Notes under the pieces: generated by a model
Told to the model about the DNA's origin: nothing
Seen by the model: only the letters and a program-made list of their open reading frames with translations
The model's database searches: none
NCBI GenBank assembly: GCA_038087875.1
Contig: JAXLNO010000478.1
Location: forward strand, 62,001-126,000
Length of the DNA stretch: 64,000 nucleotides
Source of the DNA: Malacoraja senta
Taxonomy: Eukaryota
Direction: 5' to 3'
Made by a program: the position numbers and the translations under genes
Shown here: one piece after another, positions 1-15,000 of the stretch
Layout of the letters: the number at the start of each line of letters is the position of its first letter
Position numbering within the stretch: the first letter of the stretch is position 1

Positions 1-3000
1 GAAATAGCAAAAACGCGAAAAGAAATGAGTGAAATAAGAAAACCCGAACAAACCAGAAAACCCGAAAAAAAGAGAAGAACGGGTAAAACAGGGTTGTTTC
101 GGGTTTTCTGGTTTGTTATTCTAATTGTCCCTGTTTTTGCCCGCTTTCTCCTGTCTATTCGCGTTTTCAGATTTTTGGGGTTTTCGGCTTTTTCTCATTT
201 TCCCTGGGAACAACGGGTAAAGAGATGGAAACGAGAAAACGCCGAACAAACCCGATAAAACAGAAAAATAAACGAGAGAAAAAAGAGAGGAACAAGAAAA
301 AACAGGGAAATGAAAAAAAACCGAGAAAAACCAGAGAAAACCCCCCAAAATACGAGCGGAAAAAGGGAACAACGGGTCAAGACAGGCAAAATGAGAAAAC
401 GCCGGAACAAACCCGAAAAAAAAGAAAAAGGACGAGAGAAAAAGAGAGGAACAGGAAAAAACGAGAAAAATCCAGAGAAAACCTAAATAAACGAGCGAAA
501 AAAGGGAAAAGAGGGAAAATTGAGAAAAATCCGAACAAACCCGATAACCCGAAAACCCGAAAAAAAACGAAAACGCGAAAAGAAATGAGTGAAATAGGAG
601 AAAACGGGCAAAAACATGGAAAATAAGAAAAACCCGAACAAACCAGAAAACCCGAAAAAAGAGAAGAACGGGGAAAACAGGGTTGATTCGGGTTTTCTGT
701 CTGTTATTCTAATTTTCCCTGTTTTGCCCGCTTTCTCTTGTTTCACTCCTGTCTATTCGCGTTTTCAGATTCTTTCGGGTTTTCGGCCTTTTTCTCATTT
801 GCCCTCTCTTTACCCGTTGTTCCGTATTTTCGCTCGTTTCTTCGGGTTTTCTCTCGTTTTTCTCGTTTTTTTTTTCATTTTCCCTGTATTTGCCCGTTTC
901 CCTATTTTCGCTCGTTTCTTCGGGGTTTTCTCTCGTTTTTCTCGTTTTTTTTCATTTCCCTGTATTTGCCCGTTGCTCTTTTTCTCTCTTTTTTTTTCTT
1001 TCTGTTTTTCGCATTTATTCGGGTTTTCGGGTTCGGCTTTTTCTCATTTTCCCTGTCTTTACCCGTTGGTCCCTTTTTTCTCTCGTTTTTCTCGGGTTTT
1101 CGGGTTTTTCTCTCGTTTTACTCGGGGTTTTTCCATTTTCCTGTTTGCCCGTTCCTCCTTTTTCTCTCGGTTTCTTTCTCTTTTTCGCATTTTGTCGGGT
1201 TTTCGGGTTCGAGTTTTTCTAATTTTCCCTGGGAACAACGGGTAAAGACATGGAAAACGAGAAAGCCGAACGAACCCGAAAAACAGAAAAAAAACGAGAG
1301 AAATGGAGAGGAACAGGAAAAAACGGAAATGAAATAAAAACGAGAAAATCCAGAGAAAACCTAAAAAAACGAGCGAAAAAAGGGAATAACGGGAAAAGAC
1401 AGGGAAAATGAGATAAACCCGAACAAAGCCGAAAACGCGAAAAGAAAATGAGTGAAATAGCAAAAACGCGAAAAAGAAATGAGTGAAATAAGAAAAACCC
1501 GAACAAACCAGAAAACCCGAAAAAGTGAAGAACGGGTAAAACAGGGTTGTTTCGGGTATTCTGGTTTGTTATTCTAATTTACCCTGTTTTGCCCGCTTTC
1601 TCTTGTTTCACTCTGTCTATTCGCGTTTTCAGATTTTTTGGGTTTTCGGCTTTTTCCATTTTCCCTGTCTTTACCCGTTGTTCCCTATTTTCGCTCGTTT
1701 CTTCGGGTTTTCTCTCGTTTTTCTCGGGTTTTTTTTCATTTTCCCTATATTTGCCCGTTCCTCTTTTTTGTCTCGTTTTATTTCTGTTTTTCGCATTTAT
1801 TCGGGTTTTCGGGTTTTCGGGTTCGGGATTTTCTCATTTTCCCTGGGGAACAACGGGTAAAGACAGGGAAAGTGAGAAAACGCCGAACAAACCCGAAAAA
1901 AAGAAAAAGGACGAGAGAACAAAGAGAGGAACAGGAAAAAACAGGGAAATGAAAATAAAAACGAGAAAATCCAGTTAAAACATTAAAAAAAACGAGCGAA
2001 AAAAGGGAAAAAGAGGGAAAATGAGAAAAATCCGAACAAACCCGATAACCCGAAAAAACCCGAAAACGCGAAAAGAAATGAGTGAAATAGGAGAAAACGG
2101 GCAAAAACATGGAAAATAAGAAAAACCCGAACAAACCAGAAAACCCGAAAAAAGAGAAGAACGGGGAAAACAGGGTTGTTTCGGGTTTTCTGGTTTGTTA
2201 TTCTAATTTTCCCTGTTTCCCCGCTTTCTCTTGGTTTCACTCCTGTCTATTCGCGTTTTCAGATTTTTTGGGTTTTCGGCTTTTTCTCATTTTCCCTGTC
2301 TTTACCCGTTGTTCCCTATTTTCGCTCGTTTCTTCGGGTTTTCTCTCGTTTTTCTCGGTTTTTTTTTCATTTTCCCTATATTTGCCCGATCGCTTTTTTC
2401 ACTCGGTTTTTTTCTGGTTTCGCATTTATTTGGGTTTTCGGGTTTTCGGGTTCGGGATTTTTCTCATTTTCCCTGGGAACAACGGGTAAAGACATGGAAA
2501 ACGAGAAAACGCCGAACAAACCCGAAAAACAGAAAAAAACGAGAGAACAAAGAGAGGAACAGGAAAAACAGAGAAATGAAAATAAAAACGAGAAAATCCA
2601 GAGAAAACCTAAAAAAAACGAGCGAAAAAAGTGAAGAGGGAAAATGAGAAAAATCCGAAGAAACCCGATAACCCGAAAACCCGAAAAAACCCGAAAACGC
2701 GAAAAGAAAATGAGTGAAATAGGAGAAAACGGGCAAAAACAGGGAAAATAAGAAAAACCCCGAACAAACCAGAAAACCCGAAAAAAGAGAAGAACGGGGA
2801 AAACAGGGTTGTTTCGGGTTTTCTGGTCTGTTATTCTAATTTCCCCTGTTTTTTGCCCGCTTTCTCTTGTTTCACTCCTGTCTATTCGCGTTTTCAGATT
2901 TTTTCGGGTTTTCGGCTTTTTCTCATTTGCCCTCTCTTTACCCGTTGTTCCCTATTTTCGCTCGTTTCTTCGGGGTTTCTCTCATTTTTCTCGTTTTTTT

Positions 3001-6000
3001 TTTCATTTTCCCTGTATTTGCCCGTACCTCTTTTTTCTCGGTTTTTTCCTGTTTTTCACATTTATTCGGGTTTTCGGGTTTCGGGTTCCGGTTTTTCTCA
3101 TTTTCCCTGGGAACAACGGGTAATGACATGGAAAACGAGAAAACGCCGAACAAACCCGAAAAACAGAAAGAAAAACGAGAGAAAAAAGAGAGGAACAGGA
3201 AAAACAGGGAAATAAAAAGAAACGAGAAAACCCAGAGAAAAACCCCAAAAAAAACGAGCGAAAAAAGGGAACAACGGGAACAGACAGGGAAAATGAGAAA
3301 AACCCGAACAAACCGATATCCCGAAAACCCGAAAAAACCGGAAACCCGAAAAGAAATGAGTGAAATAGGACAAAACGGGCAAAAACAGGGAAAACAAGAA
3401 AAACCCGAACAAACCAGAAAACCCGAAATAAGAGAAGAACGGGTAAAACAGGGTTGTTTCGGGTTTTCTGGTTTGTTATTCTAAAATTCCCTGTTTCCCC
3501 GCTTTCTCTTGTTTCACTCGTGTCTATTCGCGTTTTCAGATTTTTTGGGTTTTCGGCTTTTTCTCATTTTCCCTATCTTTACCCGTTGTTCCCTATTTTC
3601 GCTCGTTTCTTCGGGTTTTCTCTCGTTTTTCTCGGGTTTTTTTTTCATTTTCCCTATATTTGCCCGGTGCTCTTTTTTCTCTCGTTTTTTTTTCTGTTTT
3701 TCGCATTTATTCGGATTTTCGGGTTCGGCTTTTCTCATTTTCCCCTGTCTTTACCCGTTGGTCCCTTTTTTCTCTCGTTTTTCTCGGGTTATCGATTTTT
3801 CTCTCGTTTTTCTCGGGGTTTTTTTCCATTTTCCTGTTTGCCCGTTCCTCCTTTTTCTCTCGGTTTCTTTCTCTTTTTCGCATTTTGTCGAGTTTTCGGT
3901 TTCGAGTTTTTCTCATTTTCCCTGGTAAATACATGGAAAACGAGAAAACGCCGAACAAACCCGAAAAACAGAAAAAAACGAGAGAAAATGGAGAGGAACA
4001 GGAACATACGGAAATGATAATAAAAACGAGAAAATCCAGAGAAAACCTAAAAACTACGAGCGGAAAAAAGGGAATAACGGGAAAAGAACAGGGAAAATTA
4101 GATAAACCCGAACAAAGCCGATAAGCCGAAAACGCGAAAAGAAATCAGTGAAATAGCAAAAACGCGAAAAGAAATGAGTGAAATAAGAAAATCCCGAACA
4201 AACCAGAAAACCCGAAAAAAAGAGAAGAACGGGTAAAACAGGGTTGTTTCGGGTTTTCTGGTTTGTTCTTCTAATTGTCCCTGTTTTTGCCCGCTTTCTC
4301 CTGTCTATTCGCGTTTTCAGATTTTTTGGGTTTTTCGGCTTTTTCTCATTTTCCCTGTCTTTACCCGTTTTTCCCTATTTTCGCTCGTTTCTTCGGGTTT
4401 TCTCTCGTGTTTCTAGGGTTTTTTTTCATTTTCCCTATATTTGCCCGTTCCTCTTGTTTGTCTCGTTTTTTTTTCTGTTTTTCGCATTTATTCGGGTTCT
4501 CTGGTTTTCGAGTTCGGGATTTTCTCATTTTCCCTGGGAACAACGGGTAAAGAGATGGAAAACGAGAAAACGCCGAACAAACCCGATAAAACAGAAAAAT
4601 AAACGAGAGAAAAAAGAGAGGAACAAGAAAAAACAGGGAAATGAAAAAAAACCGAGAAAAACCAGAGAAAACCCCCCAAAATACGAGCGGAAAAAGGGAA
4701 CAACGGGTCAAGACAGGCAAAATGAGAAAACGCCGAACAAACCGAAAATAAGAAAAAGGACGAGAGAAAAAAGAGAGGAACAGGAAAAAAACAGGGAAAT
4801 GAAAATAAAAACGAGAAAATCCAGAGAAAACCTAAATAAACGAGCGAAAAAAGGGAGAAGAGGGAAAATGAGAAAAATCCGAACAAACCCGATAACCCGA
4901 AACCCCCGAAAAAAACCGAAAACGCGAAAAGAAATGAGTGAAATAGGAGAAAACGGGCAAAAACATGGAAAATAAGAAAAACCCGAACAAACCAGAAAAC
5001 CCGAAAAAAGAGAAGAACGGGGAAAACAGGGTTGATTCGGGTTTTCTGGTCTGTTATTCTAATTTTCCCTGTTTTTGCCCGCTTTCTCTTGTTTCACTCC
5101 TGTCTATTCGCGTTTTCAGATTCTTTCGGGTTTTCGGCTTTTTCTCATTTGCCCTCTCTTTACCCGTTGTTCCGTATTTTCGCTTATTTCTTCGGGTTTT
5201 CTCTCGTTTTTCTCGTTTTTTTTTTTTCATTTTCCCTGTATTTGCCCGTTCCCTATTTTCGCTCGTTTCTTCGGGTTTTCTCTCGTTTTTCTCCCTTTTT
5301 TTTTCATTTTCCCTGTATTTGCCCGTTGCTCTTTTTTCTCTCTTTTTTTTTCTTTCTGTTTTTCGCATTTATTCGGGTTTTCGGGTTCGGCTTTTTCTCA
5401 TTTTCCCTGTCTTTACCCGTTGGTCCCTTTTTTCTCTCGTTTTTCTCGGGTTTTCGGGTTTTTCTCTCGTTTTACTCGGGGTTTTTTCCATTTTCCCTGT
5501 TTGCCCGTTCCTCCTTTTTCTCTCGGTTTCTTTCTCTTTTTCGCATTTTGTCGGGTTTTCGGGTTCGAGTTTTTCTAATTTTCCCTGGGAACAACGGGTA
5601 AAGACATGGAAAACGAGAAAAGGCCGAACGAACCCGAAAAACAGAAAAAAAACGAGAGAAAATGGAGAGGAACAGGAAAAAACGGAAATGAAAATAAAAA
5701 CGAGAAAATCCAGAGAAAACCTAAAAAAACGAGCGAAAAAAGGGAATAACGGGAAAAGACAGGGAAAATGAGATAAACCCGAACAAAGCCGAAAACGCGA
5801 AAAGAAATGAGTGAAATAGCAAAAACGCGAAAAGAAATGAGTGAAATAAGAAAAACCCGAACAAACCAGAAAACCCGAAAAAAGTGAAGAACGGGTAAAA
5901 CAGGGTTGTTTCGGGTTTTCTGGTTTGTTATTCTAATTTACCCTGTTTTGCCCGCTTTCTCTTGTTTCACTCCTGTCTATTCGCGTTTTCAGATTTTATT

Positions 6001-9000
6001 GGGTTTTCGGCTTTTTCCCATTTTCCCTGTCTTTACCGTTGTTCCCTATTTTCGCTCGTTTCTTCGGGTTTTCTCTCGTTTTGCTCGTTTTTTTTCATTT
6101 TCCCTATATTTGCCCGTTCCTCTTTTTGTCTCGTTTTATTTCTGTTTTTCGCATTTATTCGGGTTTTCGGGTTTTCGTGTTCGGGATTTTCTCATTTTCC
6201 CTGGGAACAACGGGTAAGACAGGGAAAGTGAGAAAACGCCGAACAAACCCGAAAAAAGAAAAAGGACGAGAGAACAAAGAGAGGAACAGGAAAAAACAGA
6301 GAAATGAAAATAAAAACGAGAAAATCCAATGAAAACCTAAAAAAAACGAGCGAAAAAAGTGAAGAGGGAAAATGAGAAAAATCCGAAGAAACCCGATAAC
6401 CCGAAACCCGAAAAAACCCGAAAACGCGAAAGAAATGAGTGAAATAGGAGAAAACGGGCAAAAACAGGGAAAATAAGAAAAACCCGAACAACCAGAAAAC
6501 CCGAAAAAAGAGAAGAACGGGGTTGTTTCGGGGTTTTCTGGTCTGTTATTCTAATTTCCCCCTGTTTTTGCCCGCTTTCTCTTGTTTCACTCCTGTCTAT
6601 TTCGCGTTTTCAGATTTTTCGGTTTTCTGCTTTTTCTCATTTGCCCTCTCTTTACCCGTTGTTCCCTATTTTCGCTCGTTTCTTCGGGTTTTCTCTCATT
6701 TTTCTCGTTTTTTTTTTCATTTTCCCTGTATTTGCCCGTACCTCTTTTTTCTCGGTTTTTTCCTGTTTTTCACATTTATTCGGGTTTTCGGGTTTTCGGG
6801 TTCCGGTTTTTCTCATTTTCCCTGGGAACAACGGGTAATGACATGGAAAACGAGAAAACACCGAACAAACCCGAAAAACAGAAAGAAAAACGAGAGAAAA
6901 AAGAGAGGAACAGGAAAAAACAGGGAAATGAAAAAGAAACGAGTAAAGCCAGAGGAAAACCCCAAAAAAAACGAGCGAAAAAAGGGAACAACGGGAACAG
7001 ACAGGGAAAATGAGAAAAACCCGAACAAACCCGATATCCCGAAAACCCGAAAAAACCGAAAACCCGAAAGAAATGAGTGAAATAGGACAAAACGGGCAAA
7101 AACAGGGAAAACAAGAACAACCCGAACAAACCAGAAAACCCGAAATAAGAGAAGAACGGGTAAACAGGGTTGTTTCGGGTTTTTGGTTTGTTATTCTAAT
7201 TTTCCCTGTTTCCCCGCTTTCTCTTGTTTCACTCGTGTCTATTCGCGTTATTCAGATTTTTGGGTTTTCGGCTTTTTCTCATTTTCCCTGTCTTTACCCG
7301 TTGTTCCCTATTTTCGCTCGTTTCTTCGGGTTTTCTCTCGTTTTTCTCGGTTTTTTTTCATTTTCCCTATATTTGCCCGATCCTCTTTTTTCTCTCGGTT
7401 TTTTTCTGGTTTTCGCATTTATTTGGGTTTTCGGGTTTTCGGGTTCGGGATTTTCTCATTTTCCCTGGGAACAACGGGTAAAGACATGAAAACGCCGAAC
7501 AAACCGAAAAACAGAAAAAAACGAGAGAACAAAGAGAGGAACAGGAAAAAACAGGGAAATGAAAATAAAAACGAGAAATCCAGAGAAAACCCTAAAAAAA
7601 CGAGCGGAAAAAAAGTGAAAAGAGGGAAAATGAGAAAATCCGAACAAACCCGATATCCCAGAAAACCCGAAAAAACCGGAAAACCCGAAATGAAATGAGT
7701 GAAATAGGACAAAACGGGCAAAAACAGGGAAAACAAGAAAAACCCGAACAAACCAGAAAACCCGAAATAAGAGAAGAACGGGTAAAACAGGGTTTTCGGG
7801 TTTTCTGGTTTGTTATTCTAATTTTCCCTGTTTCCCGCTTTCTCTTGTTTCACTCGTGTCTATTCGCGTTTTCAGATTTTTTGGGTTTTCGGCTTTTTCT
7901 CATTTTCCCTGTCTTTACCCGTTGTTCCCTATTTTCGCTCGTTTCTTCGGGTTTTCTCGTTTTTCTCGGGTTTTTTTTTTCATTTTCCCTATATTTGCCC
8001 GACCTCTTTTTTCTCTCGGTTTTTTTCTGGTTTTCGCATTTATTTGGGTTTTCGGGTTTTCGGGTTCGGGATTTTCTCATTTTTCCCTGGGAACAACGGG
8101 TAAAGACATGGAAAACGAGAAAACGCCGAACAAACCCGAAAAAACAGAAAAAAAGAGAGAAAAAAGAGAGAACAGGAAAAAACAGGGAAATGAAAATAAA
8201 AACGAGAAAATCCAGAGAAAACCTAAAAAAAACGAGCGAAAAAAGGGAAAATAGGGAAAATGAGAAATATCCGAAGAAACCCGATAACCAAGAAAACCCG
8301 GAAAAAAACCCGAAAACGTGAAAAGAAATGAGTGAAATAGGAGAAAACGGGCAAAAACAGGGAAATTAAGAAAAACCCGAACAAACCAGAAACCCCGAAA
8401 AAGAGAAGAACGGGGAAAACAGGGTTGTTTCCGGTTTTCTGGTCTGTTATTCTAATTTTCCCTGTTTTTGCCCGCTTTCTCTTGTTTCACTCCTGTCTAT
8501 TCGCGTTGTCAGATTTTTTCGGGTTTTCGGCTTTTTCTCATTTGCCCTCTCTTTACCCGTTGTTCCCTATTTTCGCTCGTTTCTTCGGGTTTTCTCTCAT
8601 TTTTCTCGTTTTTTTTTTCTCATTTTCCCTGTATTTGCCCGTACCTCTTTTTTTCTCGGTTTTTTCCTGTTTTTCACATTTATTCGGGTTTTCGGGTTTT
8701 CGGGTTCGGGATTTTCTCATTTTCCCTGGGAACAACGGGTAAAGACATGGAAAACGAGAAAACGCCGAACAAACCCGAAAACAGAAAAAAACGAGAGAAC
8801 AAAGAGAGGAACAGGAAAAAACAGGGAAATGAAAATAAAAACGAGAAAATCCAGAGAAAACCTAAAAAAAACGAGCGAAAAAAGTGAAAAGAGGGAAAAT
8901 GAGAAAAATCCGAAGAACCCGATAACCCGAAAAAAACCCCGAAAACGCGAAAAGAAATGAGTGAAATAGGAGAAAACGGGCAAAAACAGGGAAATTAAGA

Positions 9001-12000
9001 AAAACCCGAACAAACCAGAAACCCCGAAAAAGAGAGAAGAACGGGGAAAACAAGGGTTGTTTCCGGTTTTCTGGTCTGTTATTCTAATTTTCCCTGTTTT
9101 TGCCCGCTTTTCTCTTGTTTCACTCCTGTCTATTCGCGTTGTCAGATTTTTTCGGGTTTTCGGCTTTTTCTCATTTGCCCTCTCTTTACCCGTTGTTCCC
9201 TATTTTCGCTCGTTTCTTCGGGTTTTCTCTCGTTTTTCTCGGTTTTTTTTTTCATTTTCCCTGTATTTGCCCGTACCTCTTTTTTCTCGGTTTTTTCCTG
9301 TTTTTCACATTTATTCGGGTTTTCGGGTTTTCGGGTTCCGGTTTTTCTCATTTTCCTGGGAACAACGGGTAATGACATGGAAAACGAGAAAACGCCGAAA
9401 CAAACCCGAAAAACAGAAAGAAAAACGAGAGAAAAAAAGAGAGGAACAGGAAAAAAACAGGGAAATAAAAAGAAACGAGAAAACCCAGAGAAAACCCCAA
9501 AAAAACGAGCGAAAAAAAGGGACCAACGGGAACAGACAGGGAAAATGAGAAAAACCCGAACAAACCCGATATCCCGAAAACCCGGAAAAACCGGAAAACC
9601 CGAAAAGAAATGAGTGAAATAGGACAAAACGGGCAAAAACAGGGAAAACAAGAAAAACCCGAACAAACCAGAAAACCCGAAATAAGAGAAGAACGGGTTA
9701 AAACAGGGTTGTTTCGGGTTTTCTGGTTTGTTATTCTAATTTTCCCTGTTTCCCCGCTTTCTCTTGTTTCACTCGTGTCTATTCGCGTTTTCAGATTTTT
9801 TGGGTTTTCGGCTTTTTCTAATTTTCCCTGTCTTTACCCGTTGTTCCCTATTTTCGCTCGTTTCTTCGGGTTTTCTCTCGTTTTCTCGGGGTTTTTTTCA
9901 TTTTCCCTATATTTGCCCGATCCGCTTTTTTCACTCGGTTTTTTTTCTGGTTTTCGCATTTATTTGGGTTTTCGGGTTTTCGGGTTCGGGATTTTCTCAT
10001 TTTCCCTGGGAACAACGGGTAAAGACATGGAAAACGAGAAAACGCCGAACAAACCCGAAAAACAGAAAAAAAACGAGAGAACAAAGAGAGGAACAGGAAA
10101 AAACAGGGAAATGAAAAAGAAACGTAAAGCCAGAGAAAACCCCAAAAAACGAGCGAAAAAAGGGAACAACGGGAACAGACAGGGAAAATGAGAAAAACCC
10201 GAACAAACCCGATATCCCGAAAACCCGAAAAAACCGGAAAACCCGAAAAGAAATGAGTGAAATAGGACAAAACGGGCAAAAACAGGGAAAACAAGAACAA
10301 CCCGAACAAACCAGAAAACCCGAAATAAGAGAAGAACGGGTAAAACAGGGTTGTTTCGGGTTTTCTGGTTTGTTATTCTAAATTTTCCCTGTTTCCCAGC
10401 TTTCTCTTGTTTCACTCGTGTCTATTCGCGTTTTCAGATTTTTTGGGTTTTCGGCTTTTTCTCATTTTCCCTGTCTTTACCCGTTGTTCCCTATTTTCGC
10501 TCGTTTCTTCGGGTTTTCTCTCGTTTTTTCTCGGGGTTTTTTTTTCATTTTCCCTATATTTGCCCGATCCTCTTTTTTCTCTCGGTTTTCTTCTGGTTTT
10601 CGCATTTATTTGGGTTTTCGGGTTTTCGGGTTCGGGATTTTCTCATTTTCCCTGGGAACAACGGGTAAAGACATGGAAAACGAGAAAACGCCGAACAAAC
10701 CCGAAAAACAGAAAATAAAAGAGAGAAAAAAGAGAGGAACAGGAAAAAACAGGGAACTGAAAATAAAAACGAGAAAATCCAGAGAAAACCTAAAAAAAAC
10801 GAGCGAAAAAAGGGAAAATAGGGAAAATGAGAAATATCCGAAGAAACCCGATAACCAAGAAAACCCGAAAAAACCCGAAAACGTGAAAAGAAATGAGTGA
10901 AATAGGAGAAAACGGGCAAAAACAGGGAAATTAAGAAAAACCCGAACAAACCAGAAACCCCGAAAAAAGAGAAGAACGGGGAAAACAGGGTTGTTTCCGG
11001 TTTTCTGGTCTGTTATTCTAATTTTCCCTGTTTTTTGCCCGCTTTCTCTTGTTTCACTCCTGTCTATTCGCGTTGTCAGATTTTTTCGGGTTTTCGGCTT
11101 TTTCTCATTTGCCCTCTCTTTACCCGTTGTTCCCTATTTTCGCTCGTTTCTTTCGGGTTTTCTCTCATTTTTCTCGTTTTTTTTTTCATTTTCCCTGTAT
11201 TTGCCCGTACCTCTTTTTTCTCGGTTTTTTCCTGTTTTCACATTTATTCGGGTTTTCGGGTTTTCGGGTTCCGGTTTTTCTCATTTTCCTGGGAACAACG
11301 GGTAATGACATGGAAAACGAGAAAACGCCGAACAAACCCGAAAAACAGAAAGAAAAACGAGAGAAAAAAGAGAGGAACAGGAAAAAACAGGGAAATGAAA
11401 AAGAAACGAGTAAAGCCAGAGAAAACCCCAAAAAAACGAGCGAAAAAAGGGAACAACGGGAACAGACAGGGAAATGAGAAAAACCCGAACAAACCCGATA
11501 TCCCGAAAACCCGAAAAAAACCGGAAAACCCGAAATGAAATGAGTGAAATAGGACAAAACGGGCAAAAACAGGGAAAACAAGAAAAACCCGAACAAACCA
11601 GAAAACCCGAAATAAGAGAAGAACGGGTTAAAACAGGGTTGTTTCGGGTTTTCTGGTTTGTTATTCTAATTTTCCCTGTTTCCCCGCTTTCTCTTGTTTC
11701 ACTCGTGTCTATTCGCGTTTTCAGATTTTTTGGGTTTTCGGCTTTTTCTCATTTTCCCTGTCTTTACCCGTTGTTCCCTATTTTCGCTCGTTTCTTCGGG
11801 TTTTCTCTCGTTTTTCTCGGTTTTTTTTTCATTTTCCCTATATTTGCCCGATCCTCTTTCTTCTCTCGGTTTTTTTCTGGTTTTCGCATTTATTTGGGTT
11901 TTCGGGTTTTCGGGTTCGGGATTTTCTCATTTTCCCTGGGAACAACGGGTAAAGACATGGAAAACGAGAAAACGCCGAACAAACCCGAAAAACAGAAAAT

Positions 12001-15000
12001 AAAGAGAGAAAAAAGAGAGGAACAGGAAAAAACAGGAAATGAAAATAAAAACGAGAAAATCCAGAGAAAACCTAAAAAAACGAGCGAAAAAAGGGAAAAT
12101 AGGGAAAATGAGAAATATCCGAAGAAACCCGATAACCAAGAAAACCCGAAAAAACCCGAAAACGTGAAAAGAAATGAGTGAAATAGGAGAAAACGGGCAA
12201 AAACAGGGAAATTAAGAAAAACCCGAACAAACCAGAAACCCCGAAAAAAGAGAAGAACGGGGAAAACAGGGTTGTTTCCGGTTTTCTGGTCTGTTATTCT
12301 AATTTTCCCTGTTTTTGCCCGCTTTCTCTTGTTTCACTCCTGTCTATTCGCGTTGTCAGATTTTTTCGGGTTTTCGGCTTTTTCTCATTTGCCCTCTCTT
12401 TACCCGTTGTTCCCTATTTTCGCTCGTTTCTTCGGGTTTTCTCTCGTTTTTCTCGGTTTTTTTCATTTCCCTATATTTGCCCGTACCTCTTTTTTCTCGG
12501 TTTTTTCCTGTTTTTCACATTTATTCGGGTTTTCGGGTTTTCGGGTTCCGGTTTTTCTCATTTTCCCTGGGAACAACGGGTAATGACATGGAAAACGAGA
12601 AAACGCCGAACAAACCCGAAAAACAGAAAGAAAAACGAGAGAAAAAAGAGAGGAACAGGAAAAAACAGGGAAATGAAAAAGAAACGAGTAAAGCCAGAGA
12701 AAACCCCAAAAAAACGAGCGAAAAAAGGGAACAACGGGAACAGACAGGGAAAATGAGAAAAACCCGAACAAACCCGATATCCCGAAAACCCGAAAAAACC
12801 GGAAAACCCGAAAAGAAAATGAGTGAAATAGGACAAAACGGGCAAAAACAGGGAAAACAAGAACAACCCGAACAAACCAGAAAACCCGAAATAAGAGAAG
12901 AACGGGTAAAACAGGGTTGTTTCGGGTTTTCTGGTTTGTTATTCTAATTTTCCCTGTTTCCCCGCTTTCTCTTGTTTCACTCGTGTCTATTCGCGTTTTC
13001 AGATTTTTTGGGTTTTCGGCTTTTTCTCATTTTCCCTGTCTTTACCCGTTGTTCCCTATTTTCGCTCGTTTCTTTCGGGTTTTCTCTCGTTTTTCTCGGT
13101 TTTTTTTTCATTTTCCCTATATTTGCCCGATCCTCTTTTTTCTCTCGGTTTTTTTCTGGTTTTCGCATTTATTTGGGTTTTCGGGTTTTCGGGTTCGGGA
13201 TTTTCTCATTTTCCCTGGGAACAACGGGTAAAGAAATGGAAAACGAGAAAACGCCGAACAAACCCGAAAAACAGAAAAAAAAAGAGAGAAAAAAGAGAGG
13301 AACAGGAAAAAAACAGGGAAATGAAAATAAAAACGAGAAAATCCAGAGAAAACCTAAAAAAACGAGCGAAAAAAGTGAAAAGAGGGAAAATGAGAAAACC
13401 CGAACAAACCCGATATCCCGAAAACCCGAAAAAAACCGGAAAACCCGAAAAGAAATGAGTGAAATAGGACAAAACGGGCAAAAACAGGGAAAACAAGAAA
13501 AACCCGAACAAACCAGAAAACCCGAAATAAGAGAAGAACGGGTAAAACAGGGTTGTTTCGGGTTTTCTGGTTTGTTATTCTAATTTTCCCTGTTTCCCGC
13601 TTTCTCTTGTTTCACTCGTGTCTATTCGCGTTTTCAGATTTTTTGGGTTTTCGGCTTTTTCTCATTTTCCCTGTCTTTACCCGTTGTTCCCTATTTTCGC
13701 TCGTTTCTTCGGGTTTTCTCTCGTTTTTCTCGGTTTTTTTTCATTTTCCCTATATTTGCCCGATCCTCTTTTTTCTCTCGGTTTTTTTCTGGTTTTCGCA
13801 TTTATTTGGGTTTTCGGGTTTTCGGGTTCGGGATTTTCTCATTTTCCCTGGGAACAACGGGTAAAGACATGGAAAACGAGAAAACGCCGAACAAACCCGA
13901 AAAACAGAAAATAAAAGAGAGAAAAAAGAGAGGAACAGGAAAAAACAGGGAAATGAAAATAAAAACGAGAAAATCCAGAGAAAACCTAAAAAAAACGAGC
14001 GAAAAAAGGGAAAATAGGGAAAATGAGAAATATCCGAAGAAACCCGATAACCAAGAAAACCCGAAAAAACCCGAAAACGTGAAAAGAAATGAGTGAAATA
14101 GGAGAAAACGGGCAAAAACAGGGAAATTAAGAAAACCCGAACAAACCAGAAACCCCGAAAAAAAAAGAAGAACGGGGAAAACAGGGTTGTTTCCGGTTTT
14201 CTGGTCTGTTATTCTAATTTTCCCTGTTTTTGCCCGCTTTCTCTTGTTTCACTCCTGTCTATTCGCGTTGTCAGATTTTTTCGGGTTTTCGGCTTTTTCT
14301 CATTTGCCCTCTCTTTACCCGTTGTTCCCTATTTTCGCTCGTTTCTTCGGGTTTTCTCTCATTTTTCTCGTTTTTTTTTTCATTTTCCCTGTATTTGCCC
14401 GTACCTCTTTTTTCTCGGTTTTTCCTGTTTTTCACATTTATTCGGGTTTTCGGGTTTTCGGGTTCGGGTTTTTCTCATTTTCCCTGGGAACAACGGGTAA
14501 TGACATGGAAAACGAGAAAACGCCGAACAAACCCGAAAAACAGAAAGAAAAACGAGAGAAAAAAAGAGAGGAACAGGAAAAAACAGGGAAATGAAAAAGA
14601 AACGAGTAAAGCCAGAGAAAACCCCAAAAAAACGAGCGAAAAAAGGGAACAACGGGAACAGACAGGGAAATGAGAAAAACCCGAACAAACCCGATATCCC
14701 GAAAACCCGAAAAAAACCGGAAAACCCGAAATGAAATGAGTGAAATAGGACAAAACGGGCAAAAACAGGGAAAACAAGAAAAACCCGAACAAACCAGAAT
14801 ACCCCGAAATAAGAGAAGAACGGGTAAAACAGGGTGTTTCGGGTTTTCTGGCTTGTTATTCTAATTTTCCCTGTTTTTGCCCACTTTCTCTTGTTTCACT
14901 CCTGTCTCTCCGCGTTTTCAGATTTTTTGGGTTTTCGGCTTTTTCTCATTTTCCCTGTCTTTACCCGTTGTTCCCTCTTTTCGCTCGTTTCTTCGGGTTT

